DNA of 64,000 nt, taken from an uncultured Oscillospiraceae bacterium. Its GTDB lineage: Bacteria; Bacillota; Clostridia; Oscillospirales; Oscillospiraceae. A program made the translations under genes and the position numbers. Shown here in pieces: positions 27,113 through 36,653 of the stretch. The stretch is from NCBI GenBank assembly GCA_947627285.1, contig CANQVL010000009.1, positions 9 through 64,008 on the forward strand. The letters are read 5' to 3'. Below the pieces are notes generated by a model. That model ran no database searches and was not told the origin of the DNA. It was given only the letters and a program-made list of their open reading frames with translations. Each line of letters opens with the position of its first letter. The stretch's first letter is position 1.

Positions 27113-28257
27113 CACATCTTCTCCTCGCCGTGATTTACCTCTCCTTCATAAGCCTCGGCCTTCCCGACGCGCTTCTCGGCGCGGGGTGGCCCGTGATGTA
27201 CCGCGATTTGAACGCCGGTGTCGGCTGGGCGGGGGTGGTCTCGACCATCATCTCCGTCTCAACTGTGGTATCCAGCCTCAACTCCGACCGCATGACCCGC
27301 CGCTTCGGGGCGGGGACGGTCACGGCGGTGAGCGTGGCGTTGACGGCGGTTTCGCTTTTCGGCTTCTCCGCCGCGCCGGGCTTCCGGGCGCTGTGCGTCC
27401 TCGCCGTGCCGTACGGTCTTGGCGCGGGGGCGGTGGACGCGGCGATAAACAACTACGCCGCCATACATTACGAGAGCCGGCACATGAGCTGGCTCCACTG
27501 TATGTGGGGCATCGGCGCGGCGGCGGGGCCGTACATAATGGGCTGGGCCCTGACAAACCGCACCTGGCGCTTCGGCTACGGGGCTGTCGGCGCCCTGCAG
27601 GTCATGCTCACCGCCGCGCTTTTCCTCAGCCTGCCGCTGTGGAAAAGGGGAGAGGCGGAGGAAAAAATGAGCGGCGGCGGCATGACCACGGCGGAGGTCC
27701 TGCGGGTGCCGGGCGTCATTCCCTTTGTGCTCACCTTCTTCTGCTACTGCGCCCTGGAGAGCACCGCCGGGCTATGGGCGGCGAGCTACCTGGTGCTGAG
27801 CCGGGGGATAGGGGAGGAGACGGCGGCAGGCTTCGCCAGCCTCTTTTACATCGGCATAACCCTCGGAAGGTTTTTGAACGGCTTCCTCACCCTGAGGCTG
27901 TCGGACAGGCAGCTCATCTTCGCCGGCTCCGCTGTGGCGGCGTTGGGCGCGGCGGTGCTTTTACTGCCCCTGGGAGCTCCCGTGGCGGCGGCGGGGCTTG
28001 TACTTGTGGGGCTGGGGTGCGCGCCGGTCTACCCCTGCATGATCCACTCCACCCCCGCCTATTTCGGCGCGGATAAGTCCCAGTCGGTGATAGGCGTCCA
28101 GATGGCGGCGGCGTACCTTGGCACCGCCCTGGTCCCGCCGATTTTCGGGGCGCTGGCGTCCCGCGTTACACCCGCGCTTTACCCGCCGTTTCTGCTGGCT
28201 TTGACCGGGCTTATGGGAATGTTTCACGTAAAACTTTTACGTAAAATGCGTAAATAA
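27109..28257 (+). CDS. MFS transporter
   Basis: About 12 predicted hydrophobic helices. 4-nt overlap with patB. Confidence 0.8.
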   Translation: MTHLLLAVIYLSFISLGLPDALLGAGWPVMYRDLNAGVGWAGVVSTIISVSTVVSSLNSDRMTRRFGAGTVTAVSVALTAVSLFGFSAAPGFRALCVLAVPYGLGAGAVDAAINNYAAIHYESRHMSWLHCMWGIGAAAGPYIMGWALTNRTWRFGYGAVGALQVMLTAALFLSLPLWKRGEAEEKMSGGGMTTAEVLRVPGVIPFVLTFFCYCALESTAGLWAASYLVLSRGIGEETAAGFASLFYIGITLGRFLNGFLTLRLSDRQLIFAGSAVAALGAAVLLLPLGAPVAAAGLVLVGLGCAPVYPCMIHSTPAYFGADKSQSVIGVQMAAAYLGTALVPPIFGALASRVTPALYPPFLLALTGLMGMFHVKLLRKMRK

Positions 28258-28301
28258 AAAAACTGTGAAGGTACTCAAAATGTCACCTTCACAGTTTTTT
28301 T
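28256..28301. terminator. Bidirectional terminator between convergent genes
   Basis: A-run, CTGTGAAGGT...ACCTTCACAG, T-run. Confidence 0.7.
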
Positions 28302-28310
28302 GCATGTATC

Positions 28311-30104
28311 TCAGGACCCCTGGCCGCGGATCATCTCATAGACCAGCCTCACAAGCTCCCCTCTGGTGCAGGGGGAGGCGGGGGAGAACCTGCCGTTTTC
28401 GTCGGGGGTTATCATTCCCTCGCCTGCCGCCCAGAGTATGGCCTTGTAGTAGGCGTTTTCGGATACGTCCGAAAACGGGTTTACGCTTTCCGCGGGCTCC
28501 GGCTTGCCCATGTAGTTCCACAAAAGCGTCACCACCGAGCGCCTGTCACATATCCCCGTGGGGTTGAAGCGACCGTCCCCAACGCCGCTGATAATGCCCT
28601 TTTCGGCGCACCACGCCACGGCGCCGGCGTACCAGACGTCAGGGTCCACGTCGGAAAACGGCTCTTTCGCGGTCTCGATCTCCGGGGTGCCGGCGGCGTT
28701 CCAGAGGATACGCGCCATCATCCCGCGATCGACAGACCCCGCTGTGTCAAAGGTCCCGTCCGCGTTGCCGGAGACGACCCCGTTTTCCGACGCCCACATA
28801 ACGGCGTCAAAATATTCACTGTCCGTGCCCACGTCCGGGAAGACGAGCCCCGCCGGAACGGAGGCGACGCCATCATCGGAAAGCTCATAAAACACCGGCG
28901 CGGAGCCGTTTGTCACGTACCAGACAGCCCTGCTGTCCAGAAGCAGGGGGGCGCAGTCGGAAAGGGGGGCACAGGCTGTCATGACCTCTCCGGGCTTTCC
29001 GGCGGCGTCAAACCTCACGTATTGAAGGGTGTCGGTGAGGGAGCCGTCCTCGCCGCAGGTGTTCCAGATAACAAATCCGCCGTCCTCGCCGCAGGCAAGC
29101 TGCGGGGTGGACGCGCCGGGGGCGGATACCGCCTGGGTGGTGACCGCAAGGGTCCGCTTGTCGATTGCGGCGACGTACACCGACCTGTCGGCGTTCACGG
29201 TGCTGTCGCCCCTGCCGTCATAATTGTACGCCGTTATATACGAGCTCTCCGTCTCGCCGAAGCCGCCGAAGCTGGCGCCGGTGACCTGGTCGCTCTCGCC
29301 CAAAGGGTAGCTGAGGACCGGGACCGTGGTCACGGAGCCGGAGGTTATGTCCTCGCTCCCCGCCGGAGCGGAAAAAATGCTTATCGCCGCGGCCCTTATG
29401 GGGTGCTTGTCGCCCTGGTCCAGGGCGGCTAATCGCCCCGCGCTGTCGGTGAGAATGAACTGGTTGAAGGAGCGGGAGACGTATCCGCACCCCACGTCAG
29501 CCACAAGGTGGGCGGAATCGGTGACAGCCATGTCGCTCTCACGGACGGCGACGGTCATATTTGCCGGGGCGTTGACGCCCGTGCCGCCGGAGTACATCTG
29601 GTGGCAGGTGCGGATGTACAGCATACCGCCGGACTCCGCCATTCTCAGGGACCCGTAGGCAAAGGGGCGGGAGGTGTTGGCGCCCTTCAACGACGCCTGA
29701 CCCAGCCTTTCCCAGCTCTTGGAGTATTTGACCACCCGTATGACCTCAACGCTGTCGCTCTCCACGGGATTTGACTGCCCGAACACGAAGAAGTTGTATT
29801 CCTCCCCGGCGAAGAACCCGCCCCAGAAGGGGAGCTCAAGGGGTATCTCAAGACGCTTTATGAGCATATATTCGCTGTTATATTCCTCAACGACTGCCCG
29901 GGGCTCCGTGCCGGGGCGCTCCACCCTGGTGAGGCGCCCGTCGGGACCCGAGAAGAGATAGGAGCTCACGGGCGAGGCGTCCCAGGTGAGGTAATTCTGA
30001 GCGTTTATGTTGGTCGTCTCCCTCGCGCCGGAGGCGCCGGCGGGGACGCAGACGATGAAGGCAAGCGCGGCAGCGGCGGCAAAGGTCAGGATCCGTTTTC
30101 CCAT
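28311..30104 (-). CDS. Secreted protein of unknown function with three C-terminal SLH domains
   Basis: Signal peptide MGKRILTFAAAAALAFIVCVPAGA. SLH repeats FPDVGTDSEYFDAV, FSDVDPDVWYAGAV, FSDVSENAYYKAIL. Confidence 0.8.
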   Translation of the reverse strand: MGKRILTFAAAAALAFIVCVPAGASGARETTNINAQNYLTWDASPVSSYLFSGPDGRLTRVERPGTEPRAVVEEYNSEYMLIKRLEIPLELPFWGGFFAGEEYNFFVFGQSNPVESDSVEVIRVVKYSKSWERLGQASLKGANTSRPFAYGSLRMAESGGMLYIRTCHQMYSGGTGVNAPANMTVAVRESDMAVTDSAHLVADVGCGYVSRSFNQFILTDSAGRLAALDQGDKHPIRAAAISIFSAPAGSEDITSGSVTTVPVLSYPLGESDQVTGASFGGFGETESSYITAYNYDGRGDSTVNADRSVYVAAIDKRTLAVTTQAVSAPGASTPQLACGEDGGFVIWNTCGEDGSLTDTLQYVRFDAAGKPGEVMTACAPLSDCAPLLLDSRAVWYVTNGSAPVFYELSDDGVASVPAGLVFPDVGTDSEYFDAVMWASENGVVSGNADGTFDTAGSVDRGMMARILWNAAGTPEIETAKEPFSDVDPDVWYAGAVAWCAEKGIISGVGDGRFNPTGICDRRSVVTLLWNYMGKPEPAESVNPFSDVSENAYYKAILWAAGEGMITPDENGRFSPASPCTRGELVRLVYEMIRGQGS

Positions 30105-30295
30105 AAGTACGCCTCCCCGATAGTCAAGCGTTGTGAACCGAATTAATTATATATCATTTTCCCACGGTTTTCAACATAAATCGCTGTCGAATAACGTAAA
30201 ATTTTCTCAAAATATTATTGGAAATCGTTGACTTTTCCTTGCGCCGGTGCTATTATTTATACTGATTTAAAGAATGAATCGGGAGGCACGAGACG

Positions 30296-31168
30296 GTGGA
30301 AAAAACCAGGAGACGTTTTGGCGACAGGAAGGACGGAAGGCTTATCCGCGACCTGGACGCCATGCATTTTGTCACGCCCCTCCTTTATCCGAACCGCTGT
30401 GACAACGAGGCGTACATATCCGAGCGCATAGACCTTACGAACCTGAACGCGTATCTTGCCAAAAAGAACGAAAACGAAGCCGAGTTCCCCTACACCCTTT
30501 TTCACGTGATCCTGGCGGCGCTGGTAAAGACAATAACCCTCCGCCCGAAGCTCAACAGGTTCATACAGAATAAGAACATGTATGAGCGCAACGAGGTATC
30601 CGCCTCCTTCGTGGTGAAAAAGCGCTTTGCCGACACCGGCGCCGAGGCGCTGGCGTTTGTCCACTCAAAGGATGGGGACACTATTGACACCATCCACGAC
30701 TACATCAAGAGCCAGGTGATGTTCTGCCGCAGTGAGCAGAAGGACAGGAGCACCGACTCCATGGAGTTTTTCACAAAGCTCCCCAGATTCGTGAGCAAGA
30801 CCGCGGTGCACTTCGTCACCTTCCTTGACCGCCACGGCTGGTGCCCCAAGGTGCTTATCGCCACGGACCCCTACTACGCCTCCGTGATAATCTCGAATCT
30901 GGGCTCAATCAAGCTCAAGTCCGGCTACCACCACCTGACAAACTGGGGCACCTGCTCGCTTTTCTGCATAATCGGCGAGAAGGCGATGAACCCTGTTTTC
31001 AACACCGACGGCACCTTTGAGATGCGCGAGACCCTGGATCTGGGGCTCACCATCGACGAGCGCCTTGCCGACGGATACTATTATTCCAAGTCTGTCCGCC
31101 TTCTGAAGCACCTTCTCCAGAATCCGGAGCTGCTGGAAAGACCAATGACCGAGGAGGTTGATTACTGA
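30296..31168 (+). CDS. Stand-alone 2-oxoacid dehydrogenase E2-type acyltransferase catalytic-domain protein with variant active-site motif
   Basis: C-terminal LDLGLTIDERLADGYYY aligns to the E2/CAT DHRxxDG motif with Glu in place of His. No lipoyl or subunit-binding domain. GTG start after GGGAGG. Confidence 0.65.
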   Translation: MEKTRRRFGDRKDGRLIRDLDAMHFVTPLLYPNRCDNEAYISERIDLTNLNAYLAKKNENEAEFPYTLFHVILAALVKTITLRPKLNRFIQNKNMYERNEVSASFVVKKRFADTGAEALAFVHSKDGDTIDTIHDYIKSQVMFCRSEQKDRSTDSMEFFTKLPRFVSKTAVHFVTFLDRHGWCPKVLIATDPYYASVIISNLGSIKLKSGYHHLTNWGTCSLFCIIGEKAMNPVFNTDGTFEMRETLDLGLTIDERLADGYYYSKSVRLLKHLLQNPELLERPMTEEVDY

Positions 31169-32901
31169 TGAGCGAACCGAAAATGCCCTGGCTCAAGAGC
31201 CTGGGGGACATGCCGTCGCACCTTGAATACTTTAGCGGCTCGCTTTACGACATGGTGGCGAATACGGCGAAGAAATACCCGGACTATGTCGCCTTTGACT
31301 TCATGGGCAGGCCCACCACCTACCGGCGCATGATGGAGATGATCGACCAGTGCGCCAAGGCTCTGCGTACCATCGGCGTGCGGGAGGACGACAGGGTCAC
31401 CATAGCCCTGCCCAACTGCCCACAGGCGATATATATGTTTTACGCCGTCAATCGGGTGGGAGCCATCGCCAACATGATCCACCCGCTCTCCAGCGAGAAC
31501 GAGATACAGTTCTATCTCAACGAGTCCAAGTCCGTCACCGTCATAACCCTCGACCAGTTCTATCACAAGATAGAGGCGATACGCCAAAACACCTCCATCG
31601 TCAACGTGATAATCGCCCGCATAAAAGACGAGCTGGCACAGCCCTTAAAGACCGGCTATATGCTCACCGAGGGACGGAAGATAGCGAAGATCCCCGCCGA
31701 CGCGCCGGTGATAATGTGGAACGACTTCGTAAGGCTGGGCAACGCCTGCTTCTGGAATTTCGCGGCGCAAAAGAAGGGCACTGACCCTGCCGTCATCCTC
31801 TACTCCGGCGGCACCACCGGCACCACCAAGGGAATACTCCTGACAAACTACAACTTCAACGCCCTCGCCGCCCAGGTCATAGCTGTGAACCCCATGTTCC
31901 GCCCCGGCGACAAGATGCTTGCGGCGATGCCCGTGTTCCACGGCTTCGGACTGGGCGTCTGTATCCACACCATGCTCGCCAACGGCGGCAGGTGCCTCCT
32001 TGTCCCGCGCTTCACCCCAAAGAGCTACGGCAAGCTGATAGTGAAGGAAAAGTGCAACTTCATCGCCGGCGTCCCCACGCTTTTTGAGGCGCTCCTGCGC
32101 CTGCCCAGCATGGAAAAGACCGACCTCAGCTCCCTGAAGGGCGTGTTTTCCGGCGGCGACTCCCTGTCCATCGAGCTGAAGAAAAAGATGGACAAGTTCC
32201 TCTATGACCACCACTGCGCCATCCAGGTGCGGGAGGGCTACGGCACCACCGAGACCGTCACCGCCTGCTGCCTGACGCCCCCGCACATTTACAAGGAGGG
32301 CTCCATCGGCCTTCCCTTCCCGGACACCTACATCAAAATAGTAAAGCCCGGCACGGACGAGGAGCTGCCCTACGGCGAGGAGGGGGAGATACTTCTCTCC
32401 GGCCCCACCGTCATGCGGGAGTATATAAAGCACCCGGAGGAGACGGCCCAGACCCTCCGCCGCCACGACGACGGGCTCACCTGGGTCTACACCGGCGACC
32501 TGGGCACCATGGACGACGAGGGCTTCGTCTACTTCAAGGGCCGCGCCAAGCGCATGATAATCACCGCCGGCTACAACGTCTACCCCGCCCAGCTTGAGAA
32601 CATCATCGACGCCTGCGAGCTCGTCCAAATGAGCTGCGTCATCGGGGTCAAGGACGATTACAGAATGCAGAGGGTAAAGGCGTTCGTGATGCTCAAGCCC
32701 GGCGTTCCAAAGAACAACGAGACAAAAGAGGCGATACTCGCCCACTGCCGCAAGAACATAGCAAAATACGCCATGCCCAGGGAGCTGGAGTTCCGCGACG
32801 AGCTCCCCAAGACATTGGTGGGCAAGGTGGCTTACCGCGTACTGGAGGAAGAGGAGGCGGCAAAGACCGCCGAAAGTGCCCAGGAGACGCCGAAAAAGTG
32901 A
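31168..32901 (+). CDS. AMP-forming acyl-CoA/acyl-carrier ligase (ANL superfamily)
   Basis: LYSGGTTGTTKG, GYGTTET, YTGDLGTMDDEGFVYFKGRAKRMI. The ATG overlaps the upstream TGA (TGATG). Confidence 0.9.
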   Translation: MSEPKMPWLKSLGDMPSHLEYFSGSLYDMVANTAKKYPDYVAFDFMGRPTTYRRMMEMIDQCAKALRTIGVREDDRVTIALPNCPQAIYMFYAVNRVGAIANMIHPLSSENEIQFYLNESKSVTVITLDQFYHKIEAIRQNTSIVNVIIARIKDELAQPLKTGYMLTEGRKIAKIPADAPVIMWNDFVRLGNACFWNFAAQKKGTDPAVILYSGGTTGTTKGILLTNYNFNALAAQVIAVNPMFRPGDKMLAAMPVFHGFGLGVCIHTMLANGGRCLLVPRFTPKSYGKLIVKEKCNFIAGVPTLFEALLRLPSMEKTDLSSLKGVFSGGDSLSIELKKKMDKFLYDHHCAIQVREGYGTTETVTACCLTPPHIYKEGSIGLPFPDTYIKIVKPGTDEELPYGEEGEILLSGPTVMREYIKHPEETAQTLRRHDDGLTWVYTGDLGTMDDEGFVYFKGRAKRMIITAGYNVYPAQLENIIDACELVQMSCVIGVKDDYRMQRVKAFVMLKPGVPKNNETKEAILAHCRKNIAKYAMPRELEFRDELPKTLVGKVAYRVLEEEEAAKTAESAQETPKK

Positions 32902-33001
32902 CCGACCTCCGCCCCTCGGACGGGAGAGGAAAGAATAAACGGCAACAGAGAAAAAGGATAAGCGCGCCGACGCGAAACGGCAAAAAGGGAAAGGAGTAAA
33001 A

Positions 33002-33301
33002 ATGAATAAGAACACCGACCAGCCCAGGAATGAGGATCTGTACAAGGCAATCATGAAGCTCCGGTCCATCGACGAGTGCAAGCGTTTCTTTGACGACCTT
33101 TGCAGTATTTCCGAGCTTCGCGCCATGGAGCAGCGCTTCCAGGTCGCGGAGCTTCTGCACCAGGGACTCATCTATAACGACATTCTTGAAAAGACCGGCG
33201 CCTCCAGCGCCACCATCAGCCGCGTCAACCGCTCCCTCAGGTACGGCAACGACGGCTACGACGTGATCTTCAAGCGCCTGGAGGAGGACGAGGGCAAGTG
33301 A
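33002..33301 (+). CDS. YerC/YecD-family TrpR-like DNA-binding protein
   Basis: About 100 aa with ELRAMEQRFQVA..L..G..Y..I...TGASSATISRV. Confidence 0.8.
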   Translation: MNKNTDQPRNEDLYKAIMKLRSIDECKRFFDDLCSISELRAMEQRFQVAELLHQGLIYNDILEKTGASSATISRVNRSLRYGNDGYDVIFKRLEEDEGK

Positions 33302-34044
33302 GCCGCTACCTGTCCCTCGCCCATCGGTACGACGACTTCACCTACGATGTGCCCTACGGCAGATTTGCCGATTTTTATGAGCTCATCTTCAAAAAATACG
33401 GCGCTGCCCCCGGGCTCGTCCTGGACCTTGCCTGCGGCACCGGCACGCTTACGCTTGAGCTTGCCCGCCGAGGCTATGAGATGATAGGTACGGACGGCTC
33501 CGCGGAAATGCTCTCCGTCGCGGCGGAAAAGTCGGCGGAGGCGGGACTGCCCGTCCCTCCCGTATTTTTGAACCAGTCCATGGAGGAACTGGACCTTTTC
33601 GGCACGGTCTCCGCCGCTGTATCCTCCCTTGACAGCATAAATTATCTTCCGCCGGGCTCACTGGGCCAGGTCTTTGAAAGACTGCGGCTTTTTGTGGAGC
33701 CGGGCGGGGTTTTTGTCTTTGACGTAAACACCCCGGAAAAGCTTCTGAGCCTGGACGGGCAGATGTTCATGGACGAGACGGAGGACGCCTTCTGCGTGTG
33801 GCGCGCCCAGCTTTCCGAGGACAGGGACGCCCTCGATTACGGCATGGACATCTTCACCCTTCGCGGGGACGGCGCCTGGGAGCGGGGGAGCGAGGAGCAT
33901 ACGGAGTATATCCACACGCCGGAGAGCCTCGCCCGCGAGCTTCGCGCCCACGGCTTTGGCGAGATCCGGACCTTTGGCGAGCTCATTGACGCGCCGCCGA
34001 GTGAGAAAGAACAGCGTATATTCATCGCCGCGCGCCGGCTGTAA
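33298..34044 (+). CDS. Class I SAM-dependent methyltransferase
   Basis: Motif I VLDLACGTG. GTG start overlaps the yerC-like stop (GTGA) and follows GGAGGA. Confidence 0.8.
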   Translation: MSRYLSLAHRYDDFTYDVPYGRFADFYELIFKKYGAAPGLVLDLACGTGTLTLELARRGYEMIGTDGSAEMLSVAAEKSAEAGLPVPPVFLNQSMEELDLFGTVSAAVSSLDSINYLPPGSLGQVFERLRLFVEPGGVFVFDVNTPEKLLSLDGQMFMDETEDAFCVWRAQLSEDRDALDYGMDIFTLRGDGAWERGSEEHTEYIHTPESLARELRAHGFGEIRTFGELIDAPPSEKEQRIFIAARRL

Positions 34045-34116
34045 ATCAAATAACCGGTCGGACCTATTGCCCTCCGACCGGTTTTCTGCTATAATCGGGC
34101 AAAAGAGGTGTTGAAA

Positions 34117-35397
34117 ATGCAAAGCCGAAAAAGCGCCGCCCTCCCAAAGCGCACAGCCGCCCTGTGCCTCGCCGTTATCCTCCTTTTGTCCCTCGCCGCC
34201 TGCGGTAAGCCGACCTACGATTTGCCCGACCCGGACCAGTTTTTTAAAGACGTGGCTGTCCGCAGGGCGGGAGAGGACAGGACGTATCATTTCTCTTTGC
34301 ACGGCGACGAGGTGAAAACCGCCTGCCGCGCCTACGCGGACCTGCTGGTGGAGGAATACGGCTTTACCCTTGAAATAAAGCGCGGCACTGATAAACTCTA
34401 TCTGACTCCGGAGAGCGGTAACACCGATGAAAATATTGTTCTGGATATATCCTACGACGAGCTGTCTATCCGCCTGGACCCGCGGGATATGCACGCGGCA
34501 AAGTTCAAAATAGTCGATTCACCGGAGGTTTACGACCCCGACAGCAGCGCCGCCGAGCCGGAAAACGACCCCGTTTCCCAGCCCGAGCAGACGCCCGAGC
34601 CGGAGCAGACGCCCGAGCCCGAGCAAAAACCCGAGCCGGAAGCAAAACCCGTGCCTGAGCAAAAGCCGCAGCCGGAAACAAAACCCGAACCGGAGCAGGA
34701 GCCCGAACCGGAGCCCAAACCGGAGGACCGGGACGGCACCCTCCCGGACCCGTATACCTTCTTCAATGAGGACCTCTCCTATTCTTACGAAGCCGAAGGC
34801 AATAAAAATTACATCACCTTTTATATGGAGCCCTCCATCGAACCGATGTTGGCATATCTGGAGCTTTTGACCGATGAGCGCTATGGGCTTACGCCGACGC
34901 GAACAAAAACTGAACATGAGTATCAGAGCGTAGACTGGATCTTCAACTACGTTGGAGACAAGCAGATCGAGGAATTTCCCATATTGTATGATAAATACAT
35001 TTCCTCGTGCGCGGTTCGCTTTCTGGGATTTGTCAATAACGGCGTGATGCAAATGGATATCTGGTACATGGCCGACGGCCTCACCTTCGCCGACTTCGGT
35101 GACCGGTACACGGAACGACTGATGGGCAAGGACGATGACGGTCTTCTTACCGGTGTGGTGGGGACGGTGAAGCCGGAGGAGAACAAGCCCGCCGGGGAGG
35201 ACGGACCCGGAATCTTTGACGATGAATGCCCCATCTGCGGCGGGACCGGGAAGGTATTCTGCTCCAGCTGCGGCGGCAGCGGCAGGACCGGTTACGGTTA
35301 CGGCTACGGCGGCGTTGGCGGCACTGGCAACTGCTCCACCTGCCACGGCAGCGGCAAGGTCAACTGCTCCAGCTGCGGCGGTGACGGGAAAAGGTGA
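34117..35397 (+). CDS. Predicted lipoprotein with Pro/Glu-rich linker and C-terminal DnaJ-type zinc-finger module
   Basis: Lipobox LSLAACG. PEQTPEPEQTPEPEQKPEPEAKP linker. Four CxxCxGxG repeats: CPICGGTG, CSSCGGSG, CSTCHGSG, CSSCGGDG. Confidence 0.7.
   Translation: MQSRKSAALPKRTAALCLAVILLLSLAACGKPTYDLPDPDQFFKDVAVRRAGEDRTYHFSLHGDEVKTACRAYADLLVEEYGFTLEIKRGTDKLYLTPESGNTDENIVLDISYDELSIRLDPRDMHAAKFKIVDSPEVYDPDSSAAEPENDPVSQPEQTPEPEQTPEPEQKPEPEAKPVPEQKPQPETKPEPEQEPEPEPKPEDRDGTLPDPYTFFNEDLSYSYEAEGNKNYITFYMEPSIEPMLAYLELLTDERYGLTPTRTKTEHEYQSVDWIFNYVGDKQIEEFPILYDKYISSCAVRFLGFVNNGVMQMDIWYMADGLTFADFGDRYTERLMGKDDDGLLTGVVGTVKPEENKPAGEDGPGIFDDECPICGGTGKVFCSSCGGSGRTGYGYGYGGVGGTGNCSTCHGSGKVNCSSCGGDGKR
34582..34728 (+). 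repeat. Imperfect 18-nt tandem repeats encoding the PE(P/Q)(E/T)xK linker
   Basis: CCCGAGCCGGAGCAGACG-type units repeated about 8 times, in frame within the lipoprotein gene. Confidence 0.8.
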
Positions 35398-35419
35398 ATC
35401 ATATTTCGGAGGTGCTCAA

Positions 35420-36292
35420 ATGGACAGGGTAATACGCGCCATATCGGCTGACGGATTTGTGAAAATAACGGCTGTGGAGCTGACGGAGGCGGTGGAGCGG
35501 GCGAGGAATATACACCGCACGCTTCCCGTGGTCACCGCCGCCCTTGGGCGGACGATGTGCGCCGCCTCCATGCTCGGCAACGCCATGAAGTCCGACGGGG
35601 ACTCCGTAACCGTCAGGATAAACGGCGGCGGACCCGTCGGGATCGTCCTTGCTGTCTCGGACAGCCTGGGCAACGTCCGCGGCTACGCCCAAAATCCGGC
35701 GGTGGACCTGCCTCTGCGCCCCGATGGGAAGCTTGCGGTGGGAGCCGCCGTGGGGAATGACGGTATGCTCACCGTAATTCGCGACCTGGGCTTCGGCGAG
35801 CCGGTATCCGGCTCCACCCGGCTTGTAACCGGGGAGATAGCCGAGGATTTTGCCCAATACTTTGTTGAGAGCGAGCAGATCCCCACCGCCTGCGCCCTGG
35901 GCGTACTTGTGGACAGGGACCAGCACGTCCTCGCCGCCGGGGGATATATAGCCCAGCTCATGCCCGGAGCCGGCGAGGATACCGCCCAGAGGCTCGAGAA
36001 TGCCGTCAACGCCGCCGGACCCGTCACCGCACAGCTCGTCCACGGAACGCTGGAAAACGTCGTAGAGCGCGTTCTGGAGGGCTTTGAGCCGAAAATCGTG
36101 GAGACGGACGCCGTTTCGTATCTCTGCCCCTGCTCCCGCGAGCGCGTCGCCGCCGCCCTCTCCGGCATACCCGAGGCGGAGCTTGACGAGATGTTCCGCG
36201 AGGACGGGAAGATAGAAATAAAATGCCGCTTCTGCGACAGCGTCTATACCTTCACCCCCGACGACAGGCCCCTTATCCGCGGCGAAAAATAA
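35420..36292 (+). CDS. hslO: Redox-regulated chaperone Hsp33
   Basis: C-terminal zinc centre CPCS...CRFC and overall Hsp33 similarity. Confidence 0.9.
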   Translation: MDRVIRAISADGFVKITAVELTEAVERARNIHRTLPVVTAALGRTMCAASMLGNAMKSDGDSVTVRINGGGPVGIVLAVSDSLGNVRGYAQNPAVDLPLRPDGKLAVGAAVGNDGMLTVIRDLGFGEPVSGSTRLVTGEIAEDFAQYFVESEQIPTACALGVLVDRDQHVLAAGGYIAQLMPGAGEDTAQRLENAVNAAGPVTAQLVHGTLENVVERVLEGFEPKIVETDAVSYLCPCSRERVAAALSGIPEAELDEMFREDGKIEIKCRFCDSVYTFTPDDRPLIRGEK

Positions 36293-36318
36293 AATTTTAG
36301 AAAAAACGCAAAAACCAC

Positions 36319-36347
36319 TTGACAATCCCCCCGCCCTATGGTATTAT
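36319..36347 (+). promoter_or_regulatory. Promoter for tRNA-Ala
   Basis: TTGACA - 17 nt - TATTAT. Confidence 0.5.
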
Positions 36348-36375
36348 CTCTCTTGCTGTTGCAAACAACATCTCT

Positions 36376-36451
36376 GGGGGCGTAGCTCAGCTGGGAGAGC
36401 GCCTGAATGGCATTCAGGAGGTCATCGGTTCGATCCCGACCGTCTCCACCA
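36376..36451 (+). tRNA. tRNA-Ala (anticodon GGC), CCA encoded
   Basis: GGGGGCGTAGCTCAGCTGGGAGAGCGCCTGAATGGCATTCAGGAGGTCATCGGTTCGATCCCGACCGTCTCCACCA. G3-U70 pair, A73, anticodon loop ATGGCAT. Confidence 0.9.
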
Positions 36452-36455
36452 AAAA

Positions 36456-36492
36456 AGCCTTAGAGCCGCAAGGGTTCTGAGGCTTTTTTGTT
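36456..36492 (+). terminator. Rho-independent terminator after tRNA-Ala
   Basis: AGCCTTAGAGCC-GCAAG-GGTTCTGAGGCT followed by a T-run. Confidence 0.65.
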
Positions 36493-36577
36493 TTGCGGGA
36501 AAATGAGTTTGTTAGTAACGTGTTAATAACCGTCCAAGCTCTCCGTTCTCAAGTCAAAAATTTTTTTAAAAACCCAC

Positions 36578-36631
36578 TTGACAAAGCCAGGTTACAGGTG
36601 TAAACTGCTCAATGAGGTTACAATTGTAAAC
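36578..36631 (+). promoter_or_regulatory. blaI-blaR promoter with two BlaI/MecI-type operator dyads
   Basis: TTGACA (36578) - 17 nt - TAAACT (36601). Dyads TTACAGGTGTAA (within 36591-36605) and TTACAATTGTAA (within 36617-36631) fit the TACA/TGTA operator type. Confidence 0.6.
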
Positions 36632-36653
36632 TTACCTGAAGGGAGTGCTGTTT

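Noticed and set aside
28226-28242. 17-bp palindrome ACGTAAAACTTTTACGT, with a third ACGTAAA-like copy, at the 3' end of the MFS gene.
   Set aside because: It lies within the last codons next to a clear bidirectional terminator. It is most simply part of the AT-rich terminator region. There is no partner site or regulator to support an operator role.
34582-34728. Regular 18-nt repeats that could superficially suggest a repeat array.
   Set aside because: They are in frame inside the lipoprotein gene and encode a PEPEQK-type linker. There are no spacers and they are not CRISPR-like.
36452-36640. Possibility that tRNA-Ala marks an integration site for the blaI/blaR1 locus.
   Set aside because: I found no direct repeat of the tRNA 3' end downstream and no integrase. 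Composition of the locus matches the host.
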